Positions 1-32,140 of a DNA stretch of 64,000 bases are shown here, piece by piece. A program made the position numbers and the translations under genes. This DNA is from the human T2T-CHM13v2.0 reference genome, Homo sapiens: assembly GCF_009914755.1 (NCBI RefSeq), contig NC_060932.1; one strand, given 5' to 3'. Within the stretch, counting starts at the first letter, position 1, and every line of letters begins with the position of its first letter. Under the pieces are notes generated by a model. The model did no database searches and was not told where the DNA came from. It was given only the letters and a program-made list of their open reading frames with translations.

Positions 1-1733
1 GACCTTTCTCAATGGGTAAAAAAACCATGAAGATATTTGTGCCCCATGTGACACAAATATCTTCACAAAAAGTGATCTTAGCAGGGAAGGATTTTAATAA
101 TCAGGTGGATAGGATGACCTGTTCTGTGGCTACCAGTCAGCTTCTTTCCCAGCCATCCTTGTCATCACTCAATGGGCTCATGAACAAAGTGTGCATGGTG
201 GCAGGGATGGAGGTTATGTATGGGCTTAACAATACAGACTTCCCTCACCAAGGCCAACCTGGCTACAGCTGCTACTGAGTGCCCAATCTATAGGCAGCAG
301 AGTCCAACACTGAGTCTCTGATATAGCACCATTCAGAGGGTCAGTCTGCCAGCTACCTGGTGGCAGGTTGATTATTACACTGAACCATTTCTATCATGGA
401 GGGGGCAGCATTTTTACTGGAAGAGAAGCTTATTTTGCACATAGACTTGCCTTCCCTGCATGCAATGCTTCTGTCAAAACTATCCTCTGTGGACTCACAG
501 AATGCCTTATCCACAGTCATGGTATTCACACAGCATTGCTTCTGATTGAGGGACTCACTTGATGGCAAATGAAGCGCCCACTATAATGGGCCTGTGCTCA
601 TGGAATTACTGGTCTTACCATGTTCCCCACCATCTCAAAACTGCTGGCTTGGTAAGATGGTGGGATATGGCTTTTTGAAAACTCATTTACAATGTCAGCT
701 GGGTGGCAGTACCTTGAAGGGCTGCAACAAGGTTCTCCAGGAGACTGTCTATGCTCTGAATTATCCTCCAATACATGCGGTTGCTTCTTCCATTGCTAGG
801 ATTCATGTGTCCAGGAATCTAGGGGTGGAAGCAGGAATGGCCCCACTCCACATTACCCTTAGTGGCCTGTTATCAAAATTTTTGCTGCTTTATGCTTTGC
901 TAGAGCTCTGAGTTTCAGAGGGAGGAATGATTCCATGAGGAGACACAACAGTGATTCTGTGTAACTTGAAGACTGCCACTTGGCCACTTTGGGTTCCTCA
1001 TGCCTCTGAATCAACAGGCGAAAACCAGTTACACAAACCCTGCTGGCTGGATTGACTGATTCTGAACACAAAGGGGAAATTGAAGGGAAAATTGGACTGT
1101 TATTCCACAATGGACGTAAGGAAGAGGATGTCTAGAATACAGGAGATTCCTTAGGGCATCTCTTAGTATTACCATGCCCTGTGAGTAAAGTCAATGGAAA
1201 ACTACCACGACCCTATTAAAGCAGGACCACTAATAGCTCAGACCCTTCAGGAATAAAGGTTAGTTCACTCTACCAGGCACAGAGCCATGACCAGCTGAGG
1301 TGCTTAGTGAGGGCACAGGGAATACAGAATGCACAGCGAAAGAAGCTTCTTATAAATACCAGCTACAATGACATGACCAGCTATGGAAATAAGGACTGTA
1401 ATCATTATAAGTATTTCTTCCTTATTGTGTTATGTGTGTGTGTTTATGTGTAAATATATGTTAAGCGAATATCTGTGTTTTCTTCCTTCTCTTATCCCCT
1501 TGTTATGTGACACAAGATATTTTGAATTTATATCATAGTATTTAAGTATTGTTCACTTTATAGTATTTATGTTCCAGGGTATCAAGGAAAGGAGTAAACA
1601 CCACTCAAGAACTTTGCATCCTCTTCTGGAGAAAGGGTTAGTGCGTTTTCAGTTGTATACAGGATAGCTGTATTATGTTAGGTGGAAATATAATCTTATT
1701 ATTTCCATTACTTGGAGATCAAGTATGGTTTAA
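1..1733 (+). mobile_element. ERVL (HERV-L/MLT2) internal 3' part, decayed integrase region
   Basis: Remnant motifs ATECPIYRQQSPTL (zinc finger) and PATWWQVDY. Ends in ERVL-type gagatcaagtatggtttaa. Confidence 0.8.
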
Positions 1734-1758
1734 AAGAATTTCAAATCTTTAAAAATTC

Positions 1759-2645
1759 TGTATTAGTCAGGGCTCTCTAGAGCAGGGGTCTCCAACATTT
1801 TTGCCACCAGGGACTGGTTTCCTGAAAGACAATTTTTCCACGGACTGGAGTTGGGGGCATGGGGATGGTTTCAGGATGATTCAAGCATGTTACATTTATT
1901 GTGCACTTTATTTCTATCACTATTATATGGTAACATATAATGAAATAATTATACAACTCACTATAACGTAGAATCAGTGGAAGCCCTGAGTTTATTTTCC
2001 TGCAACTAGATGGTCCTATCTGGGGGTGATGGGAGACAGTGACAGATCATCAGGCATTAGATTCTCATAAGGAGTGCGCAACCTAGATCTCTCAAATGTG
2101 GAGTTCACAATAGGGTTCACGCTCCTATGAAGTCTAATGCTGCCGCTGATTTGACGGCATGCAGAGCTCGGGCAGTAATGCTCACTCATCTACAGCCCAC
2201 CTCCTGCTGTGTGGCCTGGTTCCTAACAGGCCACGGACCAGTACTGGTCCATGGCCTGGGGGTCAGGGGCCCCTGCTCTAGAGAGATAAAGATTTATCTT
2301 AAGGAATTGGTTCACATAACTGTGGAGGCTGGCAAATTCAAAAGGTACAGGATAGGCCAGCAGAGAAGAGTCACAGCTCAGGTCTGAAGGCTGCCTGCTG
2401 GCAGAACACCCTCTTTCTTGGTGGAGGTCAGTCTTTTTTCTATTGAGGCTTTCAACTGATTAGATGGGACCTGCCAACATTAAGGGGGTAATCTGCTTGA
2501 CTCAAAGCCCACTGATTTAAATGTTAATCCCATCTAAAACCAACAACAAAACAACAACAACAAACACACCTTCACAGAAACATCTAGGATAATATTTGGC
2601 CAAGTATCTGGGTAACCAAGTTGACACATAAAATCAACCATCACA
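1759..2645 (-). mobile_element. MLT2-type ERVL LTR, inverted relative to its internal sequence
   Basis: Minus strand starts TGTGATGGTTGATTTT and ends ccctgactaataca. Interrupted by MER1. Confidence 0.8.
1783..2275. mobile_element. MER1A-like hAT-Charlie DNA transposon
   Basis: CAGGGG...CCCCTG terminal inverted repeats. 8-bp TSD CTCTAGAG (1775-1782, 2276-2283). Confidence 0.85.
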
Positions 2646-3149
2646 AGTCAACCTTGCTCCATACACATACATGTCCTTAAGATCGACGTCAGTGGTCACA
2701 CAACGTGCAAGGATGTGATCTATGACAGCAACAATAGAAAGCTGGAGAGATGGAGTGGTACAGGAGCACAGTATTTGGATTGCAATGAAATTCTGCCGGT
2801 ATTATAAAACTACCTGTTTAGATACTTAAGAAGGTAATTGTAATCTTCAAGGAAACCAGTAAGAAAATAAGTTTTAGGCTAGGTGCGTGGCTCATACCTG
2901 TAATCCCAACACTTTGGGAGGCCGAGGCAGGTGGATCACTTGAGGTCAGGAGTTTGAGACAGCCTGACCAACATGGTAAAACCCTGTCTCTGCTAAAAAT
3001 CAAAAATTATCCAGGCATGGTGGCTACTCCCTGTACTCAGGAGGCTGAGGCAGGAAAATCGCTTAAACCCAGCAGCCATAGGCTGCAGTGAGCTGAGATC
3101 GCACCACTGCACTCCAGCCTGGGTGACAGAGCAGACCTTGTCTCAAAAA

Positions 3150-3475
3150 ATATATATATATCTATATATATATTTAAGATATGTATCTTTAAGATATATA
3201 CTAAGTATATATTTAAATATATATTTATTATATATATATATAATATATATTTAATAAATATATATAATATATATTTAATAAATATATATACAAAATATAT
3301 ATTTATTAAATATATACAAAATATATATTTATTAAATATATATACAAAATATATATTTATTAAATATATATACAAAATATATATTTATTAAATATATATA
3401 TACAAAATATATATTTATTAAATATATATATACAAAATATATATTTAAGAAAAACAGAAAATATATTTTAAAATA
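3150..3475. repeat. AT-rich (TA)n-derived minisatellite grown from an Alu tail
   Basis: Repeated atatatacaaaatatatatttattaa-type units following the Alu at 2877-3150. Confidence 0.9.
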
Positions 3476-3965
3476 TGCAGAAAAGAAAAGAAGTGAGTGA
3501 AAATGGTACATGCCAAGAAATAAACTAAAGTTTTTTTAAAAGGTGATAAGGGAGGAACAAAATATATATAAGACATAAAGAAAACAAATAACTGAAGAGC
3601 AGAAACAAATCTTTTCTTGTCAATAACTATGTTAATTGAAAATAGTTTAAACTCTGCAATTAAAAGGCAGAGATTGGCAGAATGAGTAAAAACAAACGCA
3701 AAAAATAGACCATAATCACCTATATGCTAGCCACAAGATTCCTGAATTATTTTTATTAATATTGAAAGACATTCTAAAAAATCCAAATTACACAAACCTT
3801 ACTTAATAATGTAAGTATCATACATAATCATAGTGATTCATGTCACTGATAAAAATGTGATTATTTAATAATAGTGTTGGGGCAACCAAAAAGGTGGCTG
3901 TCAAATAATAATGTGTCTTCCTCACTCTCCTCTTACTACAAAATGAAGTCCATGTGGCTCAATGA

Positions 3966-4256
<291 letters not shown>

Positions 4257-6100
4257 TGATTTGCCCACCTTGGCCTCTCGAAGTGCTGGGATTACAGGTG
4301 TGAGTCACTGCGCCCGGCGTTATATGGGAATTTTTATTAGAATTTTGGACCCAGCGCAGTGGCTCACGCCTGTAATCCCAACACTTTGGAAGGCCGAGGT
4401 GAGAGGATCGCTTGAGCCCAAGTGGTTGAGGCTACAGTGAGCTATGATCCTGCCACCGCACTCCAGCCTGGGCAACAGAGTGAAATCCTATCTCAATCAG
4501 TCAATCAATCAATCAATCAATGTATAATTTCCCTAATCTGTAAGAATTCATGTGACTCAATGATTTAAAAAAAAAAAAAAAAAAAACCTAACCTCTTACT
4601 AGGAGTGAAGAAAACCTAGGAGAACCAGTGTACAAACAGTGTCTGTGTCATGAACAGATTCTTGACCTCATTCACAGGAAGAGAAATGCACATTTCGAGG
4701 AGTTTCCACATCTCAGTCCTTGACACTTGCTATGGCCTGCTCCCTGTGGCTGGAAGGGCCATCTCTCCTCTAGGATGGAAGTTCTCCAACTGCTCCTGCT
4801 CAGCCCATTGCAGTCCTGTCTCCCTGGCCTATCGTCTCCAACTTCAAATCCTCATGGGCTCAGTTGTGCCCCTCCTCAGTATTTACAACTTCTTCCAGGT
4901 GGACACACTCAAGACAGCGGCTTCAAGCATCACCTATGTGCTAGGGTCCCCAAATGTGTACTGCTAGCCCTGCCACACACTGTCCCCTCAGAGGCCAAGT
5001 TACCCTGAGCAGTTGAATTTGGTGCCTCGATTGTCCTCATTCCCCACACGTCATCCATCCACACCCCAAATATGTCTTGAGTCCTTCCTATTCCCGTCCT
5101 GCTTCCTGGTCTTGACCCTGGACCACAGCAATAGGAGCATTTACAGATGAGTTTGTGTCTGCTTCACGCTGGGTTCTTCCTTCTCCATGCTCTGCTCCTG
5201 GCAAGCCCACACGTGCAATGTGAGGGTTTGCCCTCAGGCAAGCCTTTCCTGTGGCCCTTAGTCATGGAAAAGAAATGCAACTTTGTAAATGGATTTTAAA
5301 AGCCACTGCTTGCCACACTTGCCTGCCCTGGAAACCTTCATGCAGCAATCAATTCCTAACTCATACACATGGGGGAAAAGGGGGAAGAAGTGCGAGGCGA
5401 ACACAACAGTCAAGCACACTTCAGGCCAGGTTCCTGCTGCATCTCTGGGGGCTCAAATGACCTTACGGGACACCACATAACATCCCAGGGGAGCGCCTCA
5501 CACTCAAGGCCCTCCACCTGCTTCCTGTCTTGCTCCGGTTCAGTCCAGGAGTGGGCACTCAAGATGTACATCCGATGCTGGTGGCCCTCTGCTGAAAACT
5601 TCTCAGGGACATCCATCACTCATGAAATAAAATCCAGCTTCATCTGTGTGGGATCTGACCCCACGTGTCTCTCTAACTTCCTAACCCTCCACTCCCCACA
5701 GCAGCCCCCTGCTGTTGCTCCATCTTCTCCAACTCTTGCCCCCTGGCAATTGTTCCAGTGGAACCCTCCTAGGAGCACTCTTCCTGGCTCTCTGAACCTC
5801 TGGCCCTGCCCTCCTCCGGATGTCAGCCCAAAGTCACCATTGCCTGGAGGCCTCACCAGCCCCATCTCTGTCCCACTCAATTCTCTCTCAAGGTTCCTAT
5901 CAGTTTCTTTGGCTGTCTCATTCATTTGTGTGTCTTGATACCATCCTAGCAGGAAGGCTCCAGAAGGACAGAGCCTTGAACTGGAGGCACCCAATGCCTC
6001 TCTGTGGAATAAAGAACAAGGAAGTGCAAAGGAAACAGACTGGAAGCTCATGGAGACAAGGGGAGGAGGGGCAAGGATTAGAGACCCATCTTGAACATAC

Positions 6101-6206
6101 CAGGTGGACACAATCCCTCTGAGGGGCTGGACCTCTTTTGTTGTGGGGCCGCTCTCTGCTGGGGAGCTAGGTCTTGTTGGGTGATCAGAGCAGACTCAGC
6201 TGAGAC
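6101..6206 (-). CDS. TNFRSF10B: TNFRSF10B coding exon 2 (VSAESALITQQDLAPQQRAAPQQKRSSPSEGLCPPG)
   Basis: Continues in frame from exon 1 and matches the DR5 protein. Acceptor ccccacAG at 6207-6208, donor GTATGT at 6100; 106 nt. Later exons lie left of the window. Confidence 0.97.
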
Positions 6207-6744
6207 CTGTGGGGACAAAGCAGGGATGGGCATGAGTGGCTTCCAGACCTCACCCCTCCCAGGATCCACTCACATTCTCTTGAGCCCAGGCACCCAAGCT
6301 AAACAGAACCCTCATCTTTCTTGCAGCTCTCACCTCTCAAACATCCTTTAGTGTTTGTTTGTCCCTTCATATTTCAGGGAAGGCCAAGTAACATACACCT
6401 GCAAAACTCTTCTAAACATGTTCATTCCAGAAAATGTGGGCAAGGAAAGTTTTTACAAGAATACACAGACCACACGTGATATTCTCAGCTAAAGATAGCA
6501 TCCATTAATATTTTGTCTCATTTAGTTCCACTATTTTTCCATAGGTATGCCTATTCTCTCTTTCTCTCTTTCTCTTATTCTCTCTCACACAGACATACAC
6601 ACAGACACACATTTTTATAAATGGGGGTTATAATATAGCAAACTTAAAAAATTGGGATACAGGATCAAACATTAAATAGTGAACTTCTGATTTAAAAGGT
6701 GCCTGACATATAGACCAGAGAGCCCAGAAATGAACTTGCACGTA

Positions 6745-6988
6745 CAACCATGTATTGCTCAACATTGTTCTGAGCAAAGGGTCATTAGGCAATTGTGTTG
6801 TGTGAACATCAGAAGAGTGTACTTACACAAACCTAGATGGTGTATCCTATGACACACCTGGCCTATATGGTATAGCCTTTTGCTCCTAGGCTACAAACCT
6901 GTGTAGCATGTTACATAATTGCATGGAGCCACCATCACATATGCAGTCTGTTGTTGACAGAAATGTTGTTATGTGGTGCATGACTGTA
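6745..6988. mobile_element. Tigger3/Golem-type DNA transposon fragment inside an L1
   Basis: Terminal ...gttatgtggtgcatgactg and internal ttgctcctaggctacaaacctgt motifs. Confidence 0.65.
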
Positions 6989-7489
6989 TATGATCAAGTA
7001 ATTTTTGGCAAAGGTATAAAGACCATTTAATTGAGAGGACAATCTTTTTAAAAATGGTCTTGGGAAATCTAGACATTGACTCATCACAAAACAATGACCT
7101 CGGACCTTTAACTTACACGTATACAAAAATTAACTCAAAATGGATCCAAAATCTAACATAAAAGTGAAAACCCTAAAACTTAGAAGAAAACATAGGAACT
7201 ATTCTTCCTGACCTTGGATTTGGCAATGATTTCTTGAATGTGATCCCCAAAACACAAGCAATATAGGAAAAAAAGTAGATAAATTGCACTATGTAAAAAT
7301 TAAAAACTTTTGTGCATCCAATGATGATCAACAGTGAAGGGGCAACCCACAGGAAGAGGAAAACATTTGCTAGTTGTATATCTGATAAAAGGTTAATATC
7401 TAAAATATATAAAAAACTCCAACTCAACAACAACAACAAAAAGCCAACAATGTGATTAAGAAATGAACAAAGAACTTGAATGGTAACAA

Positions 7490-11720
<4,231 letters not shown>

Positions 11721-12111
11721 ATAAATCCCCATAAATACATACAATTTATTGGGAGTTGCCATGTTGCCCAGGCTGGTCTTGAACGTTCGCCTGGGCTCAA
11801 GCAGTCCTCCTGCCTCAGCCTCTCAAAGTGCTGAGATTACAGGCATGAGCCACTGTGCCTGGCCGTAATTTCTTAATTTACAATAAAAATTTTTAAAAAA
11901 TTTTAAAAAGGGCAAAGGACTTGAAAGACATTTCTCCAAAGAAGATAAGCAAATGGCCCATAAGCACATGAAAAGATGCTCACCACCACTAACGTCTACT
12001 ATATTAAAAACAACAGCATGGAAAATAACAAGTGCTGGTGAGGTGTGAAGAAACTGGAACCTTCGTGCCCTGTTGGTGGGAATGTAAAACACACACTGGG
12101 AAAAACAGTAT

Positions 12112-19066
<6,955 letters not shown>

Positions 19067-19352
19067 GTATGGTTGTTCCTCAAAAAATTAAAAGTAGAAT
19101 TACCAGATGATCCAGCAATCCCACTTCTGGGTATGTATCCAAAAGAACTGAAAGCAGAGTTTTCATGTTTATAATTTCACTGAAGCACATACTGTCCTTA
19201 TAGAGTCATCAGCTTTAAAACTATAAATACGATATTACCTTAATGCCCAACTTTGTATTATCTGCCCTACTATAATAAGTAGATTTACTTTGTTTTTTCA
19301 GGACTTGTTTTTGCCTGATAAGACTCAGGAATTATGAAATGTGAAGTTAAGT

Positions 19353-25640
<6,288 letters not shown>

Positions 25641-25990
25641 AAACCATTTCTGGCTATAAATATCATAGATGGAATCAGATACTATATATGCTTTTCTGTC
25701 TGGTTTCTTTAACTCAGCATAATTATTTTGAAATTCGGTCATATTTTCATATGCATCAGTACTCCATTCCTTTTCATTACTGAGTTGTATGGCAGAATTA
25801 ATATGGTAATATTATAAAATGTAGGAGACTTGAAATAATACAGATTGATTCATCTCCACTACTCATTCTTTCTGCTATAGTTGTCTCAGGCATGTTCATA
25901 TGTTACAAACCCTACAAAGTGTTATATTACTTGATAGTGAATATTTTCAAGAAATTAAGAGGAAATAATCATTCTTTATATGTGCATTCA

Positions 25991-26445
<455 letters not shown>

Positions 26446-28925
26446 TCAGGTTCCTAATTCTTAAAGCCATTTATGCCCATTTACTCTTTCTTATTTGGTA
26501 ATGACCTCACCCAAGTCTCAGATTAGAAACACTAGAATCCACCACAAACCTCTTTCCTCTTCTTACCAAACCCATTGCATCACCGGCCTGCGTTATCATC
26601 ATTTCCCTCAGATCTGCCTCAGCTGCCACTTGCCTCCTTCACGATAATGCAACCTGACCCTCACCCTAACCACTAGGACCCATCCCGAATGCTGTCCAGG
26701 CCACACCTGAGTGCACCCACCTAGTCCACTCTCCACTGGGTGAACAATGATCTTTAATGGGTGGATCTGATGAGGGATGTCCCCGGGGAAAACTTGACAA
26801 TGGCCTTGGTGACTCTGGACTTGGGTGATCCTCCGTACTCTATTCAGATCCTCTGTTCTGTCCTCAGCCTGCCTGCCACACTCCCCACCTCTCATGTTTA
26901 ACACACTCTATGAGCAGGCTGAGGACACAACGTCTGGGTTAGTGCAGCTTCCTAGAATCCACGTTACTCATTCATTCATTCATGGAAGGCATGTAGGCGC
27001 CTGGCGACCGCATATGCAAGGAGCCGTGGAGTATCGGGAACATGGCACGGCCCTTCCTTTCCTTAGCACAGTTTCCATTCACAGGAGCTGAGGCACAGCC
27101 ATCATTAACCCCAAAGTCCATGAACTTGCAAAGAGTCTGGAGGGGCTGCCCAGGCAGAGGTGACAAATGCCATCGGTGGCAGGGACAGTAGTGGACATAG
27201 AGGAAAGAGTGCACACAGACAGAATCCCAGACAGACAGGAATCCAGTGTAATGGGGGAGGGGAGTAAAAACAAGAGAGGTACTGCTGAATTAATATTGTA
27301 ATATGATTACAAAATGTAGGAGAGTTGAAATAATATAGATCCATTCATCACCATTCACTCTTTCTGCTGTGCAGGACGAGGCTGTGCCGTCTGTGGGCCT
27401 CTCTGATTGAGGGAGAATGGGCGTGTGGCCAGAGATGCACAGCTGTGTTGGGCCACAGAAATGGGCTCATGGGGGTGTCCATGGGCATGGTTAAGAGAGA
27501 GAAGGAAAACAAGAAGAAGGGAGGTCAGGGGTTTGGCTTATTTCAGTTCTTGTCCCATTGAATTCTAGGGACCCTGCCTCCTCCCGGACATGAGCCATTG
27601 GCGGGGTTTCCCTGTCTTGTGACTCACCCACCTGTGATTCAGGCTCCTTGCTTTACACCAAGTTTGAGCATAAAACCTGCTAATATTTCTCGTCAAAAAT
27701 TAACCCGAGTAACCTCTTCTTTCCTCTCTGAGTCACCCACATCCTTAAAACTGCCCAGGATAATCACAGTTCCTGCATAGGTTGTTGTGTGAACTGAAAG
27801 TGTTAATATGTATGGAAAGTGCTTAAAACACAGAACTTTAAACACATGCTCTGATTAGTACGATCATTACCCTCAATGTTGATTTTAAGCAAACCATATT
27901 ATCCTGGCCAAACTACCATGACCTGGAGCCTTGGGACTGCACAGCCTCCCTCTGTCAGTCAAATATGGAGGGATGACATCTCTGGAGCCAGCACAGCCAC
28001 TCTGGAGGTGGGGGAGGTGACAGTGGTGGGACCTCATGCTTCCTGATAGTTATTTAGGTCCCTGCTGTCACCTGCTCCACCAGACTGTGGGCTCCAGGGA
28101 GTAGTCAGTATTCACACAGGGCTCATTTGTCCTTCCCCAACCCAGACACAGATTTTCCCAGAGTAAAGGGTTCCTCCTCTACCTGATGAATGAATCACTC
28201 CTGTCCCCGCCGCCAAGCACATGCAGTGAGACTAGCTGTGGCCTCAGCTCACTGCGTAAGGACAGCCTCCAGCTACAGCAGGGGCAGAGGACCCTGTAGA
28301 GCTCTGTAGTCTCTGTTGAGAACCACAGGCAGGAACTCCCAGAGGCCAAGTGCAGGGCAGAGACTGGGAGAAGCAGCTGCCTGGAGGACTCTGGATCCTT
28401 GCAGAAGACATGTCCAGTGTCTGCTGAGACTGACTCTAGGTGCCTGAGAAGAAGCCACCCAGGGAAGGAGAGACTAGATTGTGGACCACTCAGGGCTGGG
28501 AGATCTGCATGTTCCCCTTCCCACAGTGGACAGAACGCATGCCAGGGTGCTGGCGAGTTACCATCAGAAGTCAACCACTATAACTTTAGTAGTTAACTAA
28601 ATGAGCCCCTGAATAAGGCAACTGAACACAAGGTATATAGTTATATGTAGATAAAAGCTAGTATCAGAGGAGCAAACTGATCCTCAGTTTTCTGTGACCA
28701 GAATAATGCCCAATAGACTTTGAAAGAACACAGTGATGTTCGGTACCCAAGAAAGCAAAATTCACAATGTCAAGCAATAAGAAATTACTATGCATGAAAA
28801 AAAAAGTCCCTATGGGCAGGAAAAAAAATGTAATCAACAGAAACAGTGGCCGTAATAACAGATATAATGGTGTTGATAGATTAAATAACTTAAAACAGGT
28901 CATCTAAAGCTTACAAATATACTCA

Positions 28926-29376
<451 letters not shown>

Positions 29377-29571
29377 TTAGATTCTGCAGAAGCAGATCAA
29401 TGAACTTGAAGAGCCCTCACAGGGAAATGTCCAAAGTGAAACATAGAAAATGATGGGGGAAAAAAAAGAACAGATACTAAGTTAGCTCTGATACAAAATC
29501 TAACATTCTAACGTAAATATAATAAGATCTCAGTCACCAGAAGAGACAGAGTATTTGAAGAAATAATGGCT

Positions 29572-30405
<834 letters not shown>

Positions 30406-31451
30406 TTATAGAGATAAAAAAAAAACCCCACAACAGAGCAAACAAACCAAATCACTGCAAACCAGTGCTAAGAAAAATCTTTAAAAGCAGCCAGAGACCA
30501 AAGATCCACCACCCAAAGAGAGGCAAGATGCCCTGGGGACCTAGGCCCACAGAAACCACAGCAGGAGGGGGAGGCAGAGGCCCCTGTACACTCTCCTCAC
30601 TAGGACAGTTCGGTCCTCCCTCCACTCAGAGGTGAGACCAAGGACATACTGTGGTGTGGGGCGGAAACAGTGAAAACATGAGGTGTGTAACAATATCCCA
30701 TGAAACTCCAATGCTTCACACTGACATTCTTCTAGGTCAACACCAGCATTCTCTTGACCTTCCTTTCACTGTTCCTCCTCTCCCTTCCAGCCCCTCTGTA
30801 CAGTCTTGAGTTAGGTCTAGGCCCACACACTTCCCCACTCTGAGCTGCGGTCTCTTCCTCTGTAAAATGTGATGATTCAGAACCTCTCCTGGCCCCAAGC
30901 GCAGTTCCAGGCGCTGAGCACACCATGCTGTTCCCTACAAAGCCGACTCTTTGTCCCTTCCCCATTATCACAGATACTTGCCAAGAGGTGGCAAGAAAGG
31001 CTCTTCCCAGGCCAAAATGCAGCTGCTATTATCAAGCAGGTCAGGCCCCAAGTGCCACAACTCCCTTCTCCTAAATCTCGTTTTCCCAAGGAACCCCAAA
31101 CAATGGCATTGGCGATGAGCGGCCCCGCACGCGTAGGGGCGCAGCCGCTAAGGAGGGGAAGGGGCCTCTCCAGCTGCGCCCGCGACGACTCCCGCGCACG
31201 GAACGGAACCACTGGGCCGCAGCGACCACAGGGGAGTTCTTCGCCGGCCGCAGGTTCAAAGCGATCTGCAATGAGCGCCTTTAGGAATTCATTCGAAGGC
31301 GCAAAAGAAAAAGAAATTAAGGCAGGAACTGAGCGAGGAAGGAAGGGAGGGAAAGAAAGGAAGAAAGAGAAAAAGAGAAAGAAACAGAAAGTAAGGAAAG
31401 AAAACAAAATCAAAGTCCGACGACCTCTCCGTGGCTTCACGCAGCTTACTC

Positions 31452-31461
31452 GGGAATTCCC
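31452..31461. promoter_or_regulatory. NF-kB site in DR5 intron 1
   Basis: Perfect palindromic GGGAATTCCC, with a second kB-like GGGAATTTAC at 31489-31498. An intronic kB site is known for DR5. Confidence 0.8.
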
Positions 31462-31591
31462 TCCTTGCCGCCCTCCCCCACTGGATTCGGGAATTTACAC
31501 CAAGTGGAGCGCGCGCTCTGTTCCCTGGCGGCCCAGGTCGCTCCTGCCCAACCCGGGGACCCATCTCTTCCCCCGACTCCGACGACTGGTG

Positions 31592-31611
31592 CGTCTTGCC
31601 CGGACATGCCC
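31592..31611 (-). promoter_or_regulatory. p53 response element in DR5 intron 1
   Basis: GGGCATGTCC-GGGCAAGACG on the minus strand: two adjacent RRRCWWGYYY-like half sites with no spacer. Matches the known intronic DR5 p53 site. Confidence 0.92.
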
Positions 31612-31720
31612 GGCCGCAGGCGACCCGGGCCACGCACCCCCGCCGTGTCCCCCTCTCTCCCTGCCCTCTCCAGGCGCCAGGCACGCTCTTCCCCAGCCAG
31701 GGACCGCGGCGGGGACTCAC

Positions 31721-31864
31721 CAACAGCAGGACCGCGGCGACAACGAGCACAAGGGTCTTGGGGACCCGGAGCCCAGGCCTGGCTCCCCGCGCCTCCCTGG
31801 GTCCTGGGCCGTGCCTTTTCCGGGCCCCCGAAGCGGCCGGGGCGTTCTGTCCCCGTTGTTCCAT
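31721..31864 (-). CDS. TNFRSF10B: TNFRSF10B (DR5/TRAIL-R2) coding exon 1, signal-peptide region, codons 1-48
   Basis: Translates MEQRGQNAPAASGARKRHGPGPREARGARPGLRVPKTLVLVVAAVLLL, the DR5 N-terminus. ATG is in optimal context (accgccATGg). Donor TTG|GTGAGT at 31721/31720; 144 nt, phase 0. Confidence 0.98.
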
Positions 31865-32127
31865 GGCGGTAGGGAACGCTCTTATAGTCTCTCAGGCCCG
31901 TGGGTTTCAGCCCTTAAAGTAGATCGGGCATCGTCGGTGTATTTTGTGGGCGCAGAGATTGCGGGGTTCTCCGGCCGCGTGCTGATTTATGTGTCCAGGC
32001 TGACTTGGGGCGGCGCGGCTGTACTTTCACTGCCTCCGGGCAGGCGTCATTCGGGGCGGGGCGAATCAGATCCAATGTGCAACTGCAAATTCCACCACAG
32101 GTTGGTGACAATAAATAAGAGTCTCGT

Positions 32128-32140
32128 CAACGCAATCCTC
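32128..32140 (-). promoter_or_regulatory. CHOP (DDIT3)/C-EBP element
   Basis: GAGGATTGCGTTG at -276..-264 from the ATG, the sequence and position I recall for the ER-stress CHOP site of DR5. Confidence 0.85.

Noticed and set aside
3037-3375. 112-aa I/Y-rich ORF and the many ORFs with [19 protein letters not shown] motifs
   Set aside because: These are translations of the AT minisatellite and of Alu elements.
4620-4695. Minus-strand HDTDTVCT resembling a TNFR cysteine-rich-domain motif
   Set aside because: Too short, with no proper splice sites and no other conserved cysteines. DR5 exon 3 (HHISEDGRDC) was not found in the window.
31289-31864. 191-aa ORF as a complete protein
   Set aside because: Only codons 1-48 are exonic. 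The rest reads through the GT donor into intron 1.
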